41,212 nucleotides of DNA from positions 1-41,212 of the forward strand of contig JANJGN010003720.1 of NCBI GenBank assembly GCA_026770705.1, written 5' to 3'. Below the pieces are notes generated by a model, which saw only the letters and a program-made list of their open reading frames with translations, made no database searches and had not been told where the DNA came from. Positions 1-13,565 of the stretch are shown here, piece by piece; position 1 is the first letter of the stretch; every line of letters begins with the position of its first letter. This stretch comes from Isurus oxyrinchus. Its lineage: Eukaryota. The position numbers and the translations under genes were made by a program.

Positions 1-65
1 GCTGAAAAATAATTGTAATGTTTTTGCAAGCAATGAAAAATTATGTGTGCCAGATGTACCCGCCT

Positions 66-240
66 CCACAGCCACACATACAGCTGCAAACACCTATATA
101 CACAACCACACACCGACAGACAGACGCACACACACACATTCACATATACAGGCACACAGACACCGACTGACTGGCACAAACACCGACACACACCGACAGA
201 CACACACACACAGACACACCGACAGACACACACACACACT

Positions 241-272
<32 letters not shown>

Positions 273-305
273 AACACAAACACACACACACAGACCCTGA
301 CACAC
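66..305. repeat. (CA)n / CAGA-interrupted microsatellite
   Basis: Direct reading; explains the T/H- and C/V-rich spurious ORFs at 43-390. Confidence 0.95.
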
Positions 306-924
306 AGGAACATGAGTCATTACAATGCTGTGGCCGTCCATTCGCCTGATGATACGGTTTCAGACTCTGCCTCTCACAATCGGTGGCCAAGCCAAAAGCA
401 AACAGAAAGTCCTATTGCAAAAGTGGGAAAAAAAACTTAAAATGAAAGATAACTGTGAGCAATTACCACAGATCAACTCAAGCATGAATTAGTCATCTCG
501 AACACAATGCATTGTGTGACTAAGTTATGCAATGTGCAGTCCAATGTTGTTCACCTTTATTTCTGTTCCTCAATCTCATTGATGAAGGGAATGTTACAAG
601 ATTCATCCCAACCTTTCAAAACAAATATTACACACATTTCACTGGAGCAATTAGAAATTGCACCCAACGCCTAATAGTTATTAACAAGACTAAACGTCTT
701 CTTTCAACCACTTATCACCAACAGGGTATTATAACATTCTTAAAGTTAATACCCACCTATCCATGTGGCATGGTCTCTCCATCTCTAGTCAGCAGAGACC
801 TTTTATAATGCAGTAAGAACTGAGACTCGGTCCAGTTTATCAATAAATGAGATAGGACCTCTACAATATAAGGTGAGATATAGGAGAGCACAGCAATGAA
901 TGAAGCTGTCTAATGCAGTAATAT

Positions 925-2078
925 CACAGAATCAACAAATCTTAATGGCACAGATGGGGGCCATTCGGCCCATCGTGCATGCACCGGCTCTCCAAATGAG
1001 CTTTATGACCTAGCACCATAGCCCTGTCATTTCCCCATATCCTTGTACGTTGGTTCTATTCAAATTCTCATTTAATTCCGTCTTGAATGCCTCAATTGAA
1101 CCTGCCTCCACTGCACTTCCAAGCAGTGTATTCCAGACTCGAACCACTCGTTGTGCGAAAAAGCTTTTTCTCACATATCATCTGTTTCTTTAGCAAATCA
1201 TTTCAAATCTGTGCCCTCTTGCTTTTTCTTCCTTTTATGAATGAGAACAGTTTCTCCTTATCTGCTTCGTCCAGCCCCCTCATGATTTTGAAAACTTCAT
1301 CAAGTCTCCTCTCAGCCTTCTCCTCTCCATGGAAATAGTCACAACTTCTCCAATCTATCCTCATAGCTGAAGTTCCTCATCCCTGGGAGAATTCTTGTAA
1401 ACCTCTCCTGCACTCTCTCCAATATCTTCACATCCTTCCTATAATATGGTACCCAGGGTGGTACACAATATTCCAGTTGAGATCGAAGGAGGGTCTTATA
1501 TAAATTCAGCATAACCTCCCCGCTCTTGCACTCTATGCCCCTATTAATAGAGCCCAGGATACTATATGCATTATTAACTGCCAACTCCATATGTCCGACC
1601 ACCTTCATTGGTCTATGCACATATACTTCCAAGTATTTCTGCTCCTGCACACCTTCAAAATTCCAGCTCTTATTTTATACTGTCTGTCCATGCTCTCCCT
1701 ACCAAAATGCATCACCTCACATTTCTCTGCATTGAACTGCATCTGCCATCTATCTGCCCACTCCACCAACTTGTCTGTGTCCTCTTGAAGCTCCACACCG
1801 CTCTCATCACAGTTCACCACACTCCCAAGCTTCGTATCAATCGCAAACTTCGAAATTGTCCCCTGCACACCAAGATCTACATCGTTAATATATATCAGGA
1901 AAAGCAAGGGCCCCAATGCTGACCCCTGGGGAACTCCACCACAAATCTTCCTCCAGCCCGAAAAGCATCGATTGACCATTACTCCCTGCTTCCTATTTTT
2001 CAGCCAATTTTGTATCCATACTGCTACTGTCCCTTTTATTCCATGAGCAATAACTTTTCTCACAAGTCGGTTGTGAGA
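925..2078 (-). mobile_element. CR1-type LINE, 5'-truncated (RT C-terminal half + 3' UTR), degenerate
   Basis: Minus ORFs 1605-2063 (WIQNWL..RKQ.V..GVPQGSALGPLLFLIYIND..ISKFA.DTKL..WQMQFNAEKC) and 1339-1650 (LYKTLLRSQLEYC..LERVQERFTR) are CR1 reverse-transcriptase motifs, broken by frameshifts. Confidence 0.93.
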
Positions 2079-2084
2079 TAAATC

Positions 2085-2340
2085 CTAATATAATATCAAA
2101 AGAGAATTTGTGCAATGCAACAGCAGCTCAGGAATTGTCACTTGCAGTATATCTGGAGGCATGGCTATGTGCATTAATAAACAAAGCAGTATATAATGTA
2201 ACATAAACAGAGACATAGTCCTGTGCAGTAATAACTGAGAAAGGGTCAATTGTAGTGTATACTGAGGCATGGTCCAGTGCATTATAAATTAAACTGCAGA
2301 TAGCGTTATATAGACAGATGCATTGCTGAGAGGAAGATAA
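2085..2340 (+). repeat. Diverged copies of the 27-bp satellite subunit
   Basis: Motifs such as ataaacagagacatagtcc and tgcagtaataactgagaaagggtc match the main array at 4920-11860. Confidence 0.75.
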
Positions 2341-2349
2341 AAGGAGAAA

Positions 2350-3010
2350 TGGTAAGCAATTAGGAAAGCTAATCGAATGTTCTCATTTCTTGCGAGGGGA
2401 ACAGTAGGGAAGTTCTGCTTCAGTTATACCAGGCACTAGTGAGATCTCGTTTGGAGTACTGTATGCATCATTGGTCACCTTATTTAAGGAAGCATGTGAA
2501 TGCGTGAGAAGCAGTTCAGAGAAGGATTACTAGACTAATACCTGGAATGGTTGGGTTGCTTAATGAGATTGGACAGGCTAGACTTGTATCTGCTGGGGTT
2601 TAGAAGAGTAAGAGGCGACTTGACTGAAACATATACGATCCTGAGGGGCCTTGACAGGGTGGATGTGGAGAGGATGCCTTCACTTGTGGGAGAATCTAGA
2701 ACTAGGGGTTACTGTTTAAAATAAGGGGTCGCCCATGTAAAACGGAGCTGAGGCGAATTTTTTTCACTCTCAGGGTCGTGAGTCTTTGGGACTCTTCCTA
2801 AAAAGGCAGTGGAAGCAGAGCCTTTGGATATTTTTAAGGCAGAGGTGGATAGATTCTTGGTAACCAAGGGGGTGATAGATTATCAGGGGTAGGTGGTGTC
2901 CAAGATTTCAGGTTACTATCAGATCAACTATGATTTTATTAAAAGGCGGAACAGCCTGGGGGGCTTAAAGGCCAACTCCTGCTCTTTGTTCGTATGCTCG
3001 TATGTCCATC
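2350..3010 (+). mobile_element. CR1-type LINE 3' fragment
   Basis: Decayed C-terminal ORF2 sequence (ggagtactgt..ttggtcaccttatttaaggaag..gcagttcagagaagg..tttagaagagtaagaggcgacttga) followed by a CR1-like tail (ggccaactcctgctc..tcgtatg). Confidence 0.88.
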
Positions 3011-3011
3011 T

Positions 3012-3544
3012 GGTCTAGTACAGTTATAACTGAGACAAGGTCATCAGGCCAAGGGTAGTGATAACTGAAGCATGGTGCAGTGTAAAATAATGAAACACAA
3101 AGTGCAGTGAAATATAAGTTCAGACATGGTTGTACTACAGTACGAACTGAAAAAGGGTAATTGAAGTGTCCGCAGAAGCATGGCATAATATAGTAACAAC
3201 TGACACAAGATCTAATAATATAAACCGGCAGGGTCAGATGCAGTGATAACTGGGAAAGGACCAGTTACAGCACAAGTAGAGATATGGACGACTGCAGTAA
3301 TAGATAAGATAGGACACATTGTACTATAGTTCAACAATAGTGCAACAATAACTAAAGCAGAGTGTAGTGTAGCATTTACAGCTGCAGGTGAGGTGCAAAA
3401 TAAATTGAACCAGGGATGTATGGGGATTACTAAAATGGGGCCTTGATTGACATAAACTGAGACAAGACTTAGTGCAGTGATTACTGATACAGGGCCTGGA
3501 TTATTATCAACCGAGACAGGGTCTAATGGTACAGGGTATAGATT
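3012..3544 (+). repeat. Diverged 27/54-bp satellite units, continuous with the main array across the Penelope-like insertion
   Basis: 3455-3544 reads ataaactgagacaagacttagtgcagtgattactgatacagggcctgg, the main-array consensus. Confidence 0.85.
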
Positions 3545-4890
3545 AAAATAAAAACAGAAAATTCTGGAAAAACGCCATTCCCATTCTCTCTGTCGCTTTG
3601 TCTCCTTCACATCTGGTCCGATGCCACTTTCCAAAACACCGCTTCTGACATGTCTTCCTTCTTCCTAAACCGAGGTTTCCCCTCCCCCCCCACCCTCTAC
3701 TGTGGTTGACAGGGCCGTTAACTGTGTCCGACCCATCTGCCGAGCCTCTGTTCACACTTTCCCCTCCCACTCAGAACCATGATAGGATCCTCCTTGCCCT
3801 CACATTTCACCCCACCAGCGTCCGCATTCAAATGACCATCCTCCACCATTTCTGCTAACTCCGGCATGATGCCACCACCAAACACATCTTGTCCTCGCCA
3901 CCCCAACCCCCTCGACTACTATCAGTGTTCTGTAGTGGCCATTCCCTTCAGGACACCCTGGCCTACTCCTCCATCAACCCCAATACCTCATTCACTTCCC
4001 ATGGCACCTTCCTATGCAATCACAGAAGATGCCACATCTGCCTCTTTACCTCCTCCCTTTTCACCATCCAAGGGCCCAAACACTCCTTTCAGGTGAAGCA
4101 CTGCTTCATTGCACCTCCTTAAATTTGGCCCACTGCATTCGCTGCTCCCAATGTTGTCTCCTCTAGACTGGGGACACCAATCACAGACTGGGTGAGTGCT
4201 TTGTGGAACACCTTTGGTTTGTCCGCAAGCATGATCAAGGCCTTCTTGTCGCTTGCTATTTCAACACACCATCCTGCTCTCATGCCCACATGTCCATCAT
4301 TGGCCTGCTGCAATGTTCAAGTGAAGTCTAACACAAACTGGAAGAACAGCACCTGATCTTCTGATGATGCACTTTAAAGCCTTATTCATTTATTAATTGT
4401 TTTAGCCTCATTTTACCCTCTTTTCTTGTTCCTTTTCATACAGTTCTTCCCCAACCACCGCCCCCTCCACCAACCACACCTCCCAAAAGGCCCATCTGTT
4501 ACTTGTTCCATGTTGTTCTTTCACAGTGTGCTCATTCTGGTTCTGCTATTAACACATTCTGCTTTCTTAACTTAATGCCACTATCAGCACCTTATTTAGC
4601 CTTACCACTACCATTAACACTCCCTTAGCCTTTTTGCCCATGATATGTTTGTCAGCATCACCTTACCCCTGCCTATCACGTGCCTTCTATCCAGCCTCAC
4701 CCGCTCCATGCCGCTTAAACAGCATTAAGGTTGTCACATTTCTATTGTTCTTTAGCTCTGAGGAAGAGTCACAGGGTCTTTAAATGTTAACTCTGCTTCT
4801 CTCCCCACAAGTGCTGTCAGACGTGTTGAGTTTTGCCGTCATTTTGTGTTTTCCTTTCAGACTTCCAGCATCTGCAGTATTTTGCTTTCA
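3545..4890 (+). mobile_element. Penelope-like retroelement, 5'-truncated, with decayed GIY-YIG endonuclease region and short inverted 5' terminal piece
   Basis: Translation across frameshifts gives ..TFHPTS..SLQDTL..GTFLCNHRRCHIC..IQGPKHSFQVK..CIRCSQC..G.T..RLG..F.EHL..VACYFN..KLEEQHLIF, the Penelope GIY-YIG/Cys-rich C-terminus. 3545-3572 is an inverted copy of the element's 3' end (about 4830-4860). Confidence 0.85.
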
Positions 4891-4919
4891 TCCCTTTGAT
4901 ATAAATTAAGAAAATGCCT

Positions 4920-7900
4920 TTTGCAGTGATTACTGATACAGGGTCTAGGTTAATATAAACTGAGACAGGGGCAAGTGCAGTGATTACTCATACAGGTCTT
5001 GACTGATATAAACTGAGGCAGGGTGAAGTGCAGTGATTACTGATATACGGTCTGGATTGATACAAACTGAGGCAGAGCATAGTGCAGTGATCGCTGATAC
5101 AGGACTGAGATGAATATAAACCAAGACAAGTGATGAGGCAGTGATTCCTGATACAAGATGTAGATCATATAAGCTGAGACAGTGTCCATTGCAGTGAAAA
5201 CTGTTACAGGGTCGAAATCAATATGAACTGAGATAGTGTCTAGTATAACGATTGCTGATACAAAGTCTGGATTAAGATAAACTGAGATGAGGTCTAATAC
5301 AGTGATTACTGATACAATGTCTAGATTAAAATAAACTGAGACAGGGTCAAGTGCAGTGATAACTGATAGAGGGTATAGGTTGATATAATCTGAGGCAGGC
5401 CATAGTACAGTGATTACTGATACAGGGTGTCAATCAATAAAAACTGAGACAGTGTCCATTGCAGTGATTACTGATACAGCATCTAGACCAATTTAACCTG
5501 AGGCAAGGTATAGTGCAGTGTTTACTGGCACACAGTTAGCAATAATATAAACTGAGACAGTGTCTAGTGCAGTGATTACTGCTATAGGGCCTATATCAAT
5601 TTACACTGAGACAGAGTCTCATGCACTGATTATTGATACAGGGTCAAAATTAATATAATTGAGACAGAGTCTGGTGCAGTGATTACTGATACAGGATCTA
5701 GATTAATATAAACAGAGAGAGCCAAGTGCAGAAATTATTAATATAGGGTCTTGATTGATATAAACTGACACAGAGCATTTAACATTGATTACTGTTACAG
5801 GGCCTAGATTAATATAAACTGAGAGAGAGTCTAGTGCAGTGATTACTGAAACACAGTCTTTAATAATATAAACTGAGGCAATCTCTCATGCTGTCATTCC
5901 TGGAACAGGGTCTGAACTAATAAAAACTGAGATGGGGCCCAGTGCAGTGATTACTGGTGAAGGGTCTAGGCTAATATGAACAGAGGCATGGCCAACTGCA
6001 GTGATTACTGATACAGGGTCTAGATTAATGTAAACTGATTCAGCACCTCGTGAAGTGATTTCTGACACAGGCTCTAGATTAATATGAAGTGAGACAGGCT
6101 CTTCTGCAGCGATTACTGCTACCAGGTCTAGATTGATAAAAATTGAGGCAGGGCCAAGTGCAGTGATTAATGATACAGGGTCAAGAATTGATAAAAATTG
6201 AGACAGGGTCTAGTGCAGTGATTACTGACACAGGCTCTAGATTAATATAAACTGATACAAGGTCTAGTGCAGTGATTACACATACAGGATATAGACCAAT
6301 ATAAACCGAGTTAAGGTGTAGTGCAGTGATTACAGATACAGAGGCTAAATCAATATAAACTGAGACAGGGCCAAGTGCATTGATTACTGATGCAGTGTCT
6401 AGGTTGATATAATCTGAGGCAGTCCATACTGCAGTAATACTGATACAGGATCTATATCAATATGAGCTGAGTTAGAGTCTAAAGCAGTGTTTACTGATAC
6501 AGTGTCTTGATAAATATAAAATGATAGCGGATCTACCTCACGGCTTACTGATACAGGGTCCAGGTTGATGCAATCTGACGCAGGCCATTGGGCCCAGACA
6601 AATATAAAATAAGACAGGGGGTAATGCAGTGATGACTGATCCATGGTCAAACTTAACATAAAATGAGACAGGGTCCATTGCAGTGATTATTGAAACCCAG
6701 TCTAAATTAATACAAAATTAAATAGGGTCTATTGCTGTGGTTAATGATACAGGGTCTAGATCAATTTAAACTGAGACAGGGTCTAGTGCACTGATTACTG
6801 ATGCAGGGTCGAAATTAACATAATTGAGATAGGGTCTAGTGTGGTGATTACTGATACAGTGTCTAGATTAACATAAACTGAGGCAGGTTCTAGTGCAGTA
6901 ATTAGTGATACAGGGACCAGATTAATATAAACTGAGACAGGCTCTAGTGCAGAGATAAATGATAGAGGGCCATGATCAACATTAACCAAGACAGGGTCTA
7001 GTGCACTGATTACTGATACAGGGTCTAGATTGATAAAAAAAAAAATAACTGAGGCAGGGTCTAGTGCGGTGATTACTCTTACAGGATCTAGATCAATGGA
7101 AACTGATACAGTGTCTATTGCAGTGATTACTGATACAGGGTCTAGATTGATATAAATGAGGCAGGGCCTAGTGCCATGATTACTGATACAGGATCTAGAC
7201 TAATATAAACTGAGACAGGCTTGAGTGAAGAGATAACTGATACAGGACCTAGATCAATATTAACTGAGATAGGGTCTCGTGCACTGATTACTGATGCAGG
7301 GTTTAGGCTAATATGAACTGAGACAGGGCATTGTACAGTGATTATTGATAGAGGGCCTGTATAAATATAAACTAGAATAAGGCTAGTGCAGTGATTACTG
7401 ATACAGGGTTTGGACTAATATAAACTGAGATGGGGCCCAATGCAATGATTACTGATACAGGGGCTAGATCACTATAAACTGAAATAGTGCCCTGTGCAAT
7501 GCTTACTTATACAGGGCCCAGATAAATATAAGCCAGGACAGGGGCTAGTGCAGTGATTACTGATACAGGGTCTAGATCAATATAAACTGAGACAGGGCCT
7601 AGAGCAATGATTATTATACAGGGTCTTGATTAATATAAAGTGAAAGAGGGTCTTCTGCAGTGATTAATGATACAGGGCCTAGGTTGAAATAAACTAAGGC
7701 AGGCAATAGTGAAGAGGTTACTGATTCAGGGCCCAGATAAATATACACTAGGACATGGGCTAGCGCGGTAGTTACTGATACAGGGTCTAGATCTGCATAA
7801 ACTGAGACAGTGTCCATTGCTGTGATTATTGATACAGGGTCTAGATCAATGCAAACTTAGACAGGCCTTAGTGCCATATTTACTGATACAGGATCTAGAC

Positions 7901-10900
7901 TAATATAAACTGAGACAGGCTCGAGTGAAGACATAACTGATATAGAGCCTAGATCAATATTAATTGAGACAGGGCCTAGTTCACTGATTACTGATATAGG
8001 GTCTAGATTAACATAAACTGAGAGAGGGCCTAGTGCAGCGATTACTAACATAGGGCCTAGATTGATATAAACTGATACAGAGCATAGAGCAGTGATTATT
8101 GATAAAGGCTCTAGATTAATAGAAACTGAGACAGAGCATGGTGCAGTGATTACTAAGACAGTGTGTTCATTAATATAAACTGAGACAGGCTGTATTTCAA
8201 TAATTACTGATACAGGGCCTGGATCAATATAAACTGAGGCCGTGTCCAGTGCAGTGATTACTGACACAGGGTCTAGATCAAAATAAACTGAGACAGTGTC
8301 CAGTGAAATGATTCCTGATACAGGGTGTTGATGATAAAAACTGAGGCAGGGCATAGTGCAATGATTACTGATACAGGGTCTAGATTAATATAACCTAGAT
8401 AGGGTCCAGTGCAGTGATTACTGACACAAGATCTTGATTAATATAAACAGATACAGGGCCAAGCGCACCGATTAATGATACAGGGTCTCAATTTATATAA
8501 ACTGAGGAATGGTATGGTGCAGTGATTACTGATACAGGGCCTAGATTAATAGAGACTGAGACAGGGCAAAGTGCAATTATTACTGATACAGGGTCTAGAT
8601 TTCTATAAACTGGGGCAGGTCATAGCGCAGTGAATACTGATACAGGGATTAGAGTCATACAAACTGGGACAGGATCTGGGGCAGTGATTACTGATACAGG
8701 GACTAGATCAAAATAAACTGACACTGTAGCCAGGGCAGTGATTACTGATACAGGGTCTTGACTAATACAAACTGAGACAGGGCCCAGTGCAGTGATTACC
8801 AATATAGGGTCTAGGTTAATATGAACTGAGAACTGAGAGAGAGTATACTGCAGAGCTTACTGATGCATGGTGTGGATTACTATAAACTGAGGCTGGGTCT
8901 AGTGCAGAGAAATATGATGCAGGGCCGATGTCAACATTAACTGAGACAGGGTCCAGTGCAATGGTTACTGATACTGTTCCTTGATTAATATAAACTGAGT
9001 TGGTGTCCAGTGCAGTGATTAGTGACACATGGTCTACGTTAATATAAGCTGAGTCAGGGCCTAGTGCAATGATTACAGATATAGGGTTTAGATTGATATA
9101 AACTGCAGGATGGCATTGTGTAGTCATTACTGATACAGGGTCTGGATTAATATAAACTGAGATGGGGTCTAGTGCAGTGATTACTGATACATGGTGTAGA
9201 TTAATAGAAAATGAGACAGGGCCAAATGCAGTGATTACTGATACAGGCTCTAAGTTAAGATAAACAGAGACAGGGCCTAGGGCAGTGATTCCTAATACAG
9301 GGCCTTCACTAATATAAACTGAGACAAGTTCTATTGCAGAGATAACTGATACAGGGTCTAGAACAACATTAACCTAGACAGGGTCTAGTGCAGTGATTAC
9401 TGATACAGTCTAGATTAAGATAATCTGAGACAGGGCCTAGAGCAGTGATTACCGATACATGGTCTAGATTAATATGAAATGAGAACTGAGACAGAGTATA
9501 TGCAGAGATTACTGATGCATGATGTGAACTACTATAAACTGAGTCTGGGTCTAGTGGAGAGAAATATGATGCAGAGTCAACATCAATATTAACTGAGACA
9601 GGGCCTAGAGCAGTGATTACTTATACAGGGTCTTGACTAATATAAAATGAAAGAGGGTCTCCTGCAGTGATTAATGATACAGGGTCTAGTTTGAAATAAA
9701 CTGAGGCAGGCCATTGTGCAGTCATTACTGACACAGGATCTCGATTAATTTAAACTGATGCAGGGCCAAGCACAGTGATTACCAATACAGGGTCTCGATT
9801 GATATAAACTGAGGCAGGGCATGGTGCAGTGATTACTAATACAGGATCTAGATTAATAGAAACTGAGGCACAGCCAAATGCAGTAACTACTGATAAAGGG
9901 TCTAGATTTATTTAAACTGGGGCAGGGCATAGCCCAGTGAATACTGATACAGGGATGAGATTAATACAAACAGAGACAGGATCTGGGGCAGTGATTACTG
10001 ATACAAGGACTAGATCAAAATAATCTGACACCATGTCCAGGGCGGTGATTAATGATAAATGGGCCTGAACTAGTGTAAACTGAGACAGGGCCAAGTGCAG
10101 TGATTACTGATACAGGGTCTTGACTAATACAAACTGAGACAGGTCCTAGTGCAGTGATTACCGATACAGAGTCTAGATTAATATGAAATGAGAACTGAGA
10201 CAGAGTATATTGCAGAGATTACTGATGCATGATGTCAACTACTATAAACTGAGTCTGGGTGTAGTGCAGAGAAATATAATACAGAGTCAACGTCAACATT
10301 AACTGGGACAGGGCCTAGAGCAGTGATTACTGATACCAGTCTAGATTAATATAAACTGAGACAGGGCCTAGAGCAGTGATTAATTACACAGGGTCTTGAT
10401 TAATATAAAATGAAAGAGGGTCCTCTGCAGTGATTAATGATACAGGGTACAGGTTTAAATAAACTGAGGCAGTAAATTATGCAGTGGTTACTGATGCAGG
10501 GCTCAGATAAATATACACTAGAACATGGGCTAGTGCAGTGATTACTGACACAGGATCTAGATCAATATAAACTAAGACAATATCGATTGCAGTGATTATT
10601 GATACAGGGTCTCGATCAATGCAAGCTGATACACTGTCTATTGCAGTGATTACTGACACACAGCCTTGATTAATGGAAACTGAGACAGGTTCCAGTGCCG
10701 TATTTACTGATACAGGATCTAGACTAATTTAAACTGAGACAGGCTCGAGTTCAGAGATAACTGATATAGGGTCTAGATCAATATTAGCGGAGACAGGACC
10801 TACTGCACTGATTACTTATCCAGTGCCTAGGTTAATATGAACTGAGACCGGGCCTAGTGCAGTGATTATTAATACAGGGTTTAGATTGATAAATACTGAA

Positions 10901-11860
10901 GTAGAGCATAGTGCAGTGATTACTGATGGAGTCTAGATTAATAGAAACTGAAAGTGGACCAAGTGCAGTGATTACTGATACAGGGTCTTGAGATATTAAC
11001 TGAAACAAGGTCTAGTTCAGTGATTACTGATACAGGCTCCAGATTAAAAGAAACTGAGGCAGGGCCTAGTGTAGTGATTACTGACACAGGATAAAGATTA
11101 ATATAATCTGATACAGGGCCAAATGCAGCGATTACCGAAACAGGTTCTGGATTAATGGAAACTGCAGCAGAGCATTGTACAGTGATTACTGATACAGGGT
11201 CTAGATTAATAGAAACTGAGACAGGGTCCAGTGCTTGTTTACTGATACATGGTCCTGATCAATATAAACTCAGACAATGACCAGTGCAGTGATGACTGAT
11301 ACAGGGTCTAAATTGATATAAACTGAGGCAGTACATAGTGCATACAGGTCTAGGTTAGTATAATCCGGACAGGCTCTAGTGCAGTGATTACTGATACAGG
11401 ATCTTCATTGATATAAACTGAGACAGGCCCTACTGCAGTGATTACTGATATAAGGTCTAGATTGATATAGACTGTGACTGGGTCTAGTATAGTGATTACT
11501 GATATAGGGCCAAGATTAATATAAACTGAGACAGGATCTAGTGAGTCATTACTGACAAAGGGACTGTATTAATTTTTAATGAGAAAGGGTCTAGTGCACT
11601 GATTATTAATGCAGCATCTAGATTTTTATAAGCTGCGACAGGATCCAATGCAGTGATTACTGACATAGGGTTTAGATTGATATAAACTGAGGCAGTGCAT
11701 ACTGATACAAGGTATAGATTAATAGAAACTCAGACAGGGCGAAGTGCATTGATTACTGATACAGCTCTAGGTTAAGATAAACTGAGGCAGGGTGTGTGCA
11801 GTGATTACTGATGAATGATCTGCACTAATATAGTGAGACAGGGCCAAGTGCAAGAATTAC
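4920..11860 (+). repeat. Satellite array, 54-bp unit made of two related 27-bp subunits, about 125-130 units
   Basis: Consensus AGTGCAGTGATTACTGATACAGGGTCT + AGATTAATATAAACTGAGACAGGGTCT; GCAGTG recurs at 4923 and 4977 (54-bp period). Copy number is length divided by 54. Confidence 0.97.
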
Positions 11861-11899
11861 TTCATCAGTGGCACCCATATCCCAAGAACAAATTAAAGC

Positions 11900-12012
11900 G
11901 CTGCAAAATACTACAGATTCTGGAAATCTAAAGCAAAACAAAAAAAAAAAACGCTTAGCAGGCCTGTGGGCATCAGTTCGGAGAGAAACAGATCAAATTC
12001 TCAGGTCGATGG
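11900..12012 (-). mobile_element. Short decayed Penelope-like 3' terminal fragment
   Basis: gcaaaatactacagattctggaaatct..cttagcaggcctgtgggcatc..gagagaaacaga is the reverse complement of the 4780-4890 terminus. Confidence 0.7.
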
Positions 12013-12099
12013 CAGGTGCAAAATCTCCCTTGGTACCTTCTTGAGAGCAGAACTGTTCGCCCCACGATCCCATACAAATATTCATTCTTTAACTAAAAT

Positions 12100-12260
12100 C
12101 ACGTATTATCTGGTCATTTTTCACAACTCTATTCGTGGGATCTTGCTGTGTACAAATCACCGGATGCATTTCCAACATTACAGTAGTGTCTAAACCTCAA
12201 CAAAACTACATCAACGAGTTTTAAGGGTCATGAGCATCATTCTATAAATGCAAATTATTT
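12100..12260 (+). mobile_element. Ancient SINE 3' portion (LF-SINE/AmnSINE-like tail), decayed
   Basis: gtgggatcttgctgtgtacaaat..catttccaacattacagtagtg..ctataaatgcaa resembles an old SINE tail recurrent in cartilaginous fish; recognised from memory only. Confidence 0.5.
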
Positions 12261-13079
12261 CTAAATGTTGACATTTTAAAATGATAGTTGCGATATGTTG
12301 AAAACTCAGAGATTAATATGATTGTAGGTCAGTCTTCTGGCTGCCGTTTTAACTTGTCCAGTTTAAAGGGGTTAAATCTTCAATCAAATTGACATTCAGT
12401 GGAATCCCAGCCTGTTCAAAGATTATGATAGTAGATTTTTTGGAATTAAATTCTTAATTTAAATGTATTTTTATTTATTTGAAATAAATAACATGTTCTT
12501 ATTGATGTTGAAGACGTTTCCATTCATTTTGTAACAACTATCAATATTCTTAAAATAAAACCTTGTTTTGAGTTGAAACCAATCAATAAGTGTCTGTGTT
12601 TATCTGGTTTTGCTGCCATGAAAACTTAATTGAAACCAGTGAGGCGTTTATGTAAATAAACACAGAAATAGAAGTCTCAGATTAGATTCTGAAGAGACAA
12701 TAACACAACAAATATTTCCCCACCAACACAGAAATAGAGCCAAACATGCAAATACATCAACCGATTTCAGTAGCAAATTTTAAGGGGCAATTTTAAAATT
12801 AGTTATATGAGCATTATGTCACGATGACTTCCATGTTCAGAATTAAGATACATTCCCACTTATCATGAAATATAATGGCATGGCAAATGTGTTTGTAGAG
12901 ATTTCCTGTACCCTCTCCCTCTCTCTCTCTGTCTCTTTCTCTTATTTGGTTCTGTGTCTTGTCTCTCCACTGTGGGTCACTGTCTTTCCTCCACAACATG
13001 AAGTCAATGTCTAGCCAATGTGTTATCTCAGCCCGATTCATGCACTTCAAACTAAATGGATCAAATGAAATGGATTAGA

Positions 13080-13565
13080 ATCCATAGAGGGATCTTTACT
13101 CTAAATCTGTTTTGAGCATTCAATGACCTGGGAGTGCTTGATGGGAAACTGAAGGGGAAACGTTACCCTGTATCTAACCTGTGTTGTGCCCAGTAGCGAG
13201 GATCTGATGTCGCAATGCCGAACAATCTTTCCCTGTATCTGACCTGTGTTGTCCCGGCCTTTGGAGTGTTTGATAGGACAATGTAGACTGGGACAATTTC
13301 ACTCTGAATCTAACCCGTGCTATACCTGCCTTAGGAGTTTTTCATGTAGCAATGTAGAGGGAGCTTTACGTTATTAATGTAGTCCCATGCTACACCTGAC
13401 GGAGCCGCAGGCCTTGTCTCTGCATTACACTAGGCCATGTCTGACCACATTTTACCAGTGCTGGCCTTCCCTGGGAGTATTTAACGTGGCAATGTAGACG
13501 GAGCATTAAATTCTGTGCCTCTCCCCATGCTGCACCTGCCCTGGGAGTGTTTGATGGGACTGTAG
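13080..13565 (+). repeat. ~65-bp minisatellite (ctgggagtgtttgatgggacaatgtagagggagctttactctgtatctaacccgtgctatacctgcc-type)
   Basis: Several diverged tandem copies visible; related copies at about 29740, 30460-30560 and inverted at about 39270-39330. Confidence 0.8.

Noticed and set aside
5886-10659. Minus-strand ORFs with 9/18-aa periodicity (DPVSVITAL / DPVSVYINL), suggestive of a repeat protein
   Set aside because: The 54-bp unit is a multiple of 3 and stop-free in one minus frame; the ORFs are repeatedly broken by stops and indels, with no splice or start context.
4920-11860. CRISPR-like regular repeat array
   Set aside because: No unique spacers (both halves are repeats), eukaryotic context and no cas genes.
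12248-12753. Two perfect octamers ATGCAAAT (12248, 12746)
   Set aside because: They lie 12 kb from the V; the first falls in a SINE-like tail, no leader or V exon is nearby, and such matches are expected by chance in AT-rich DNA.
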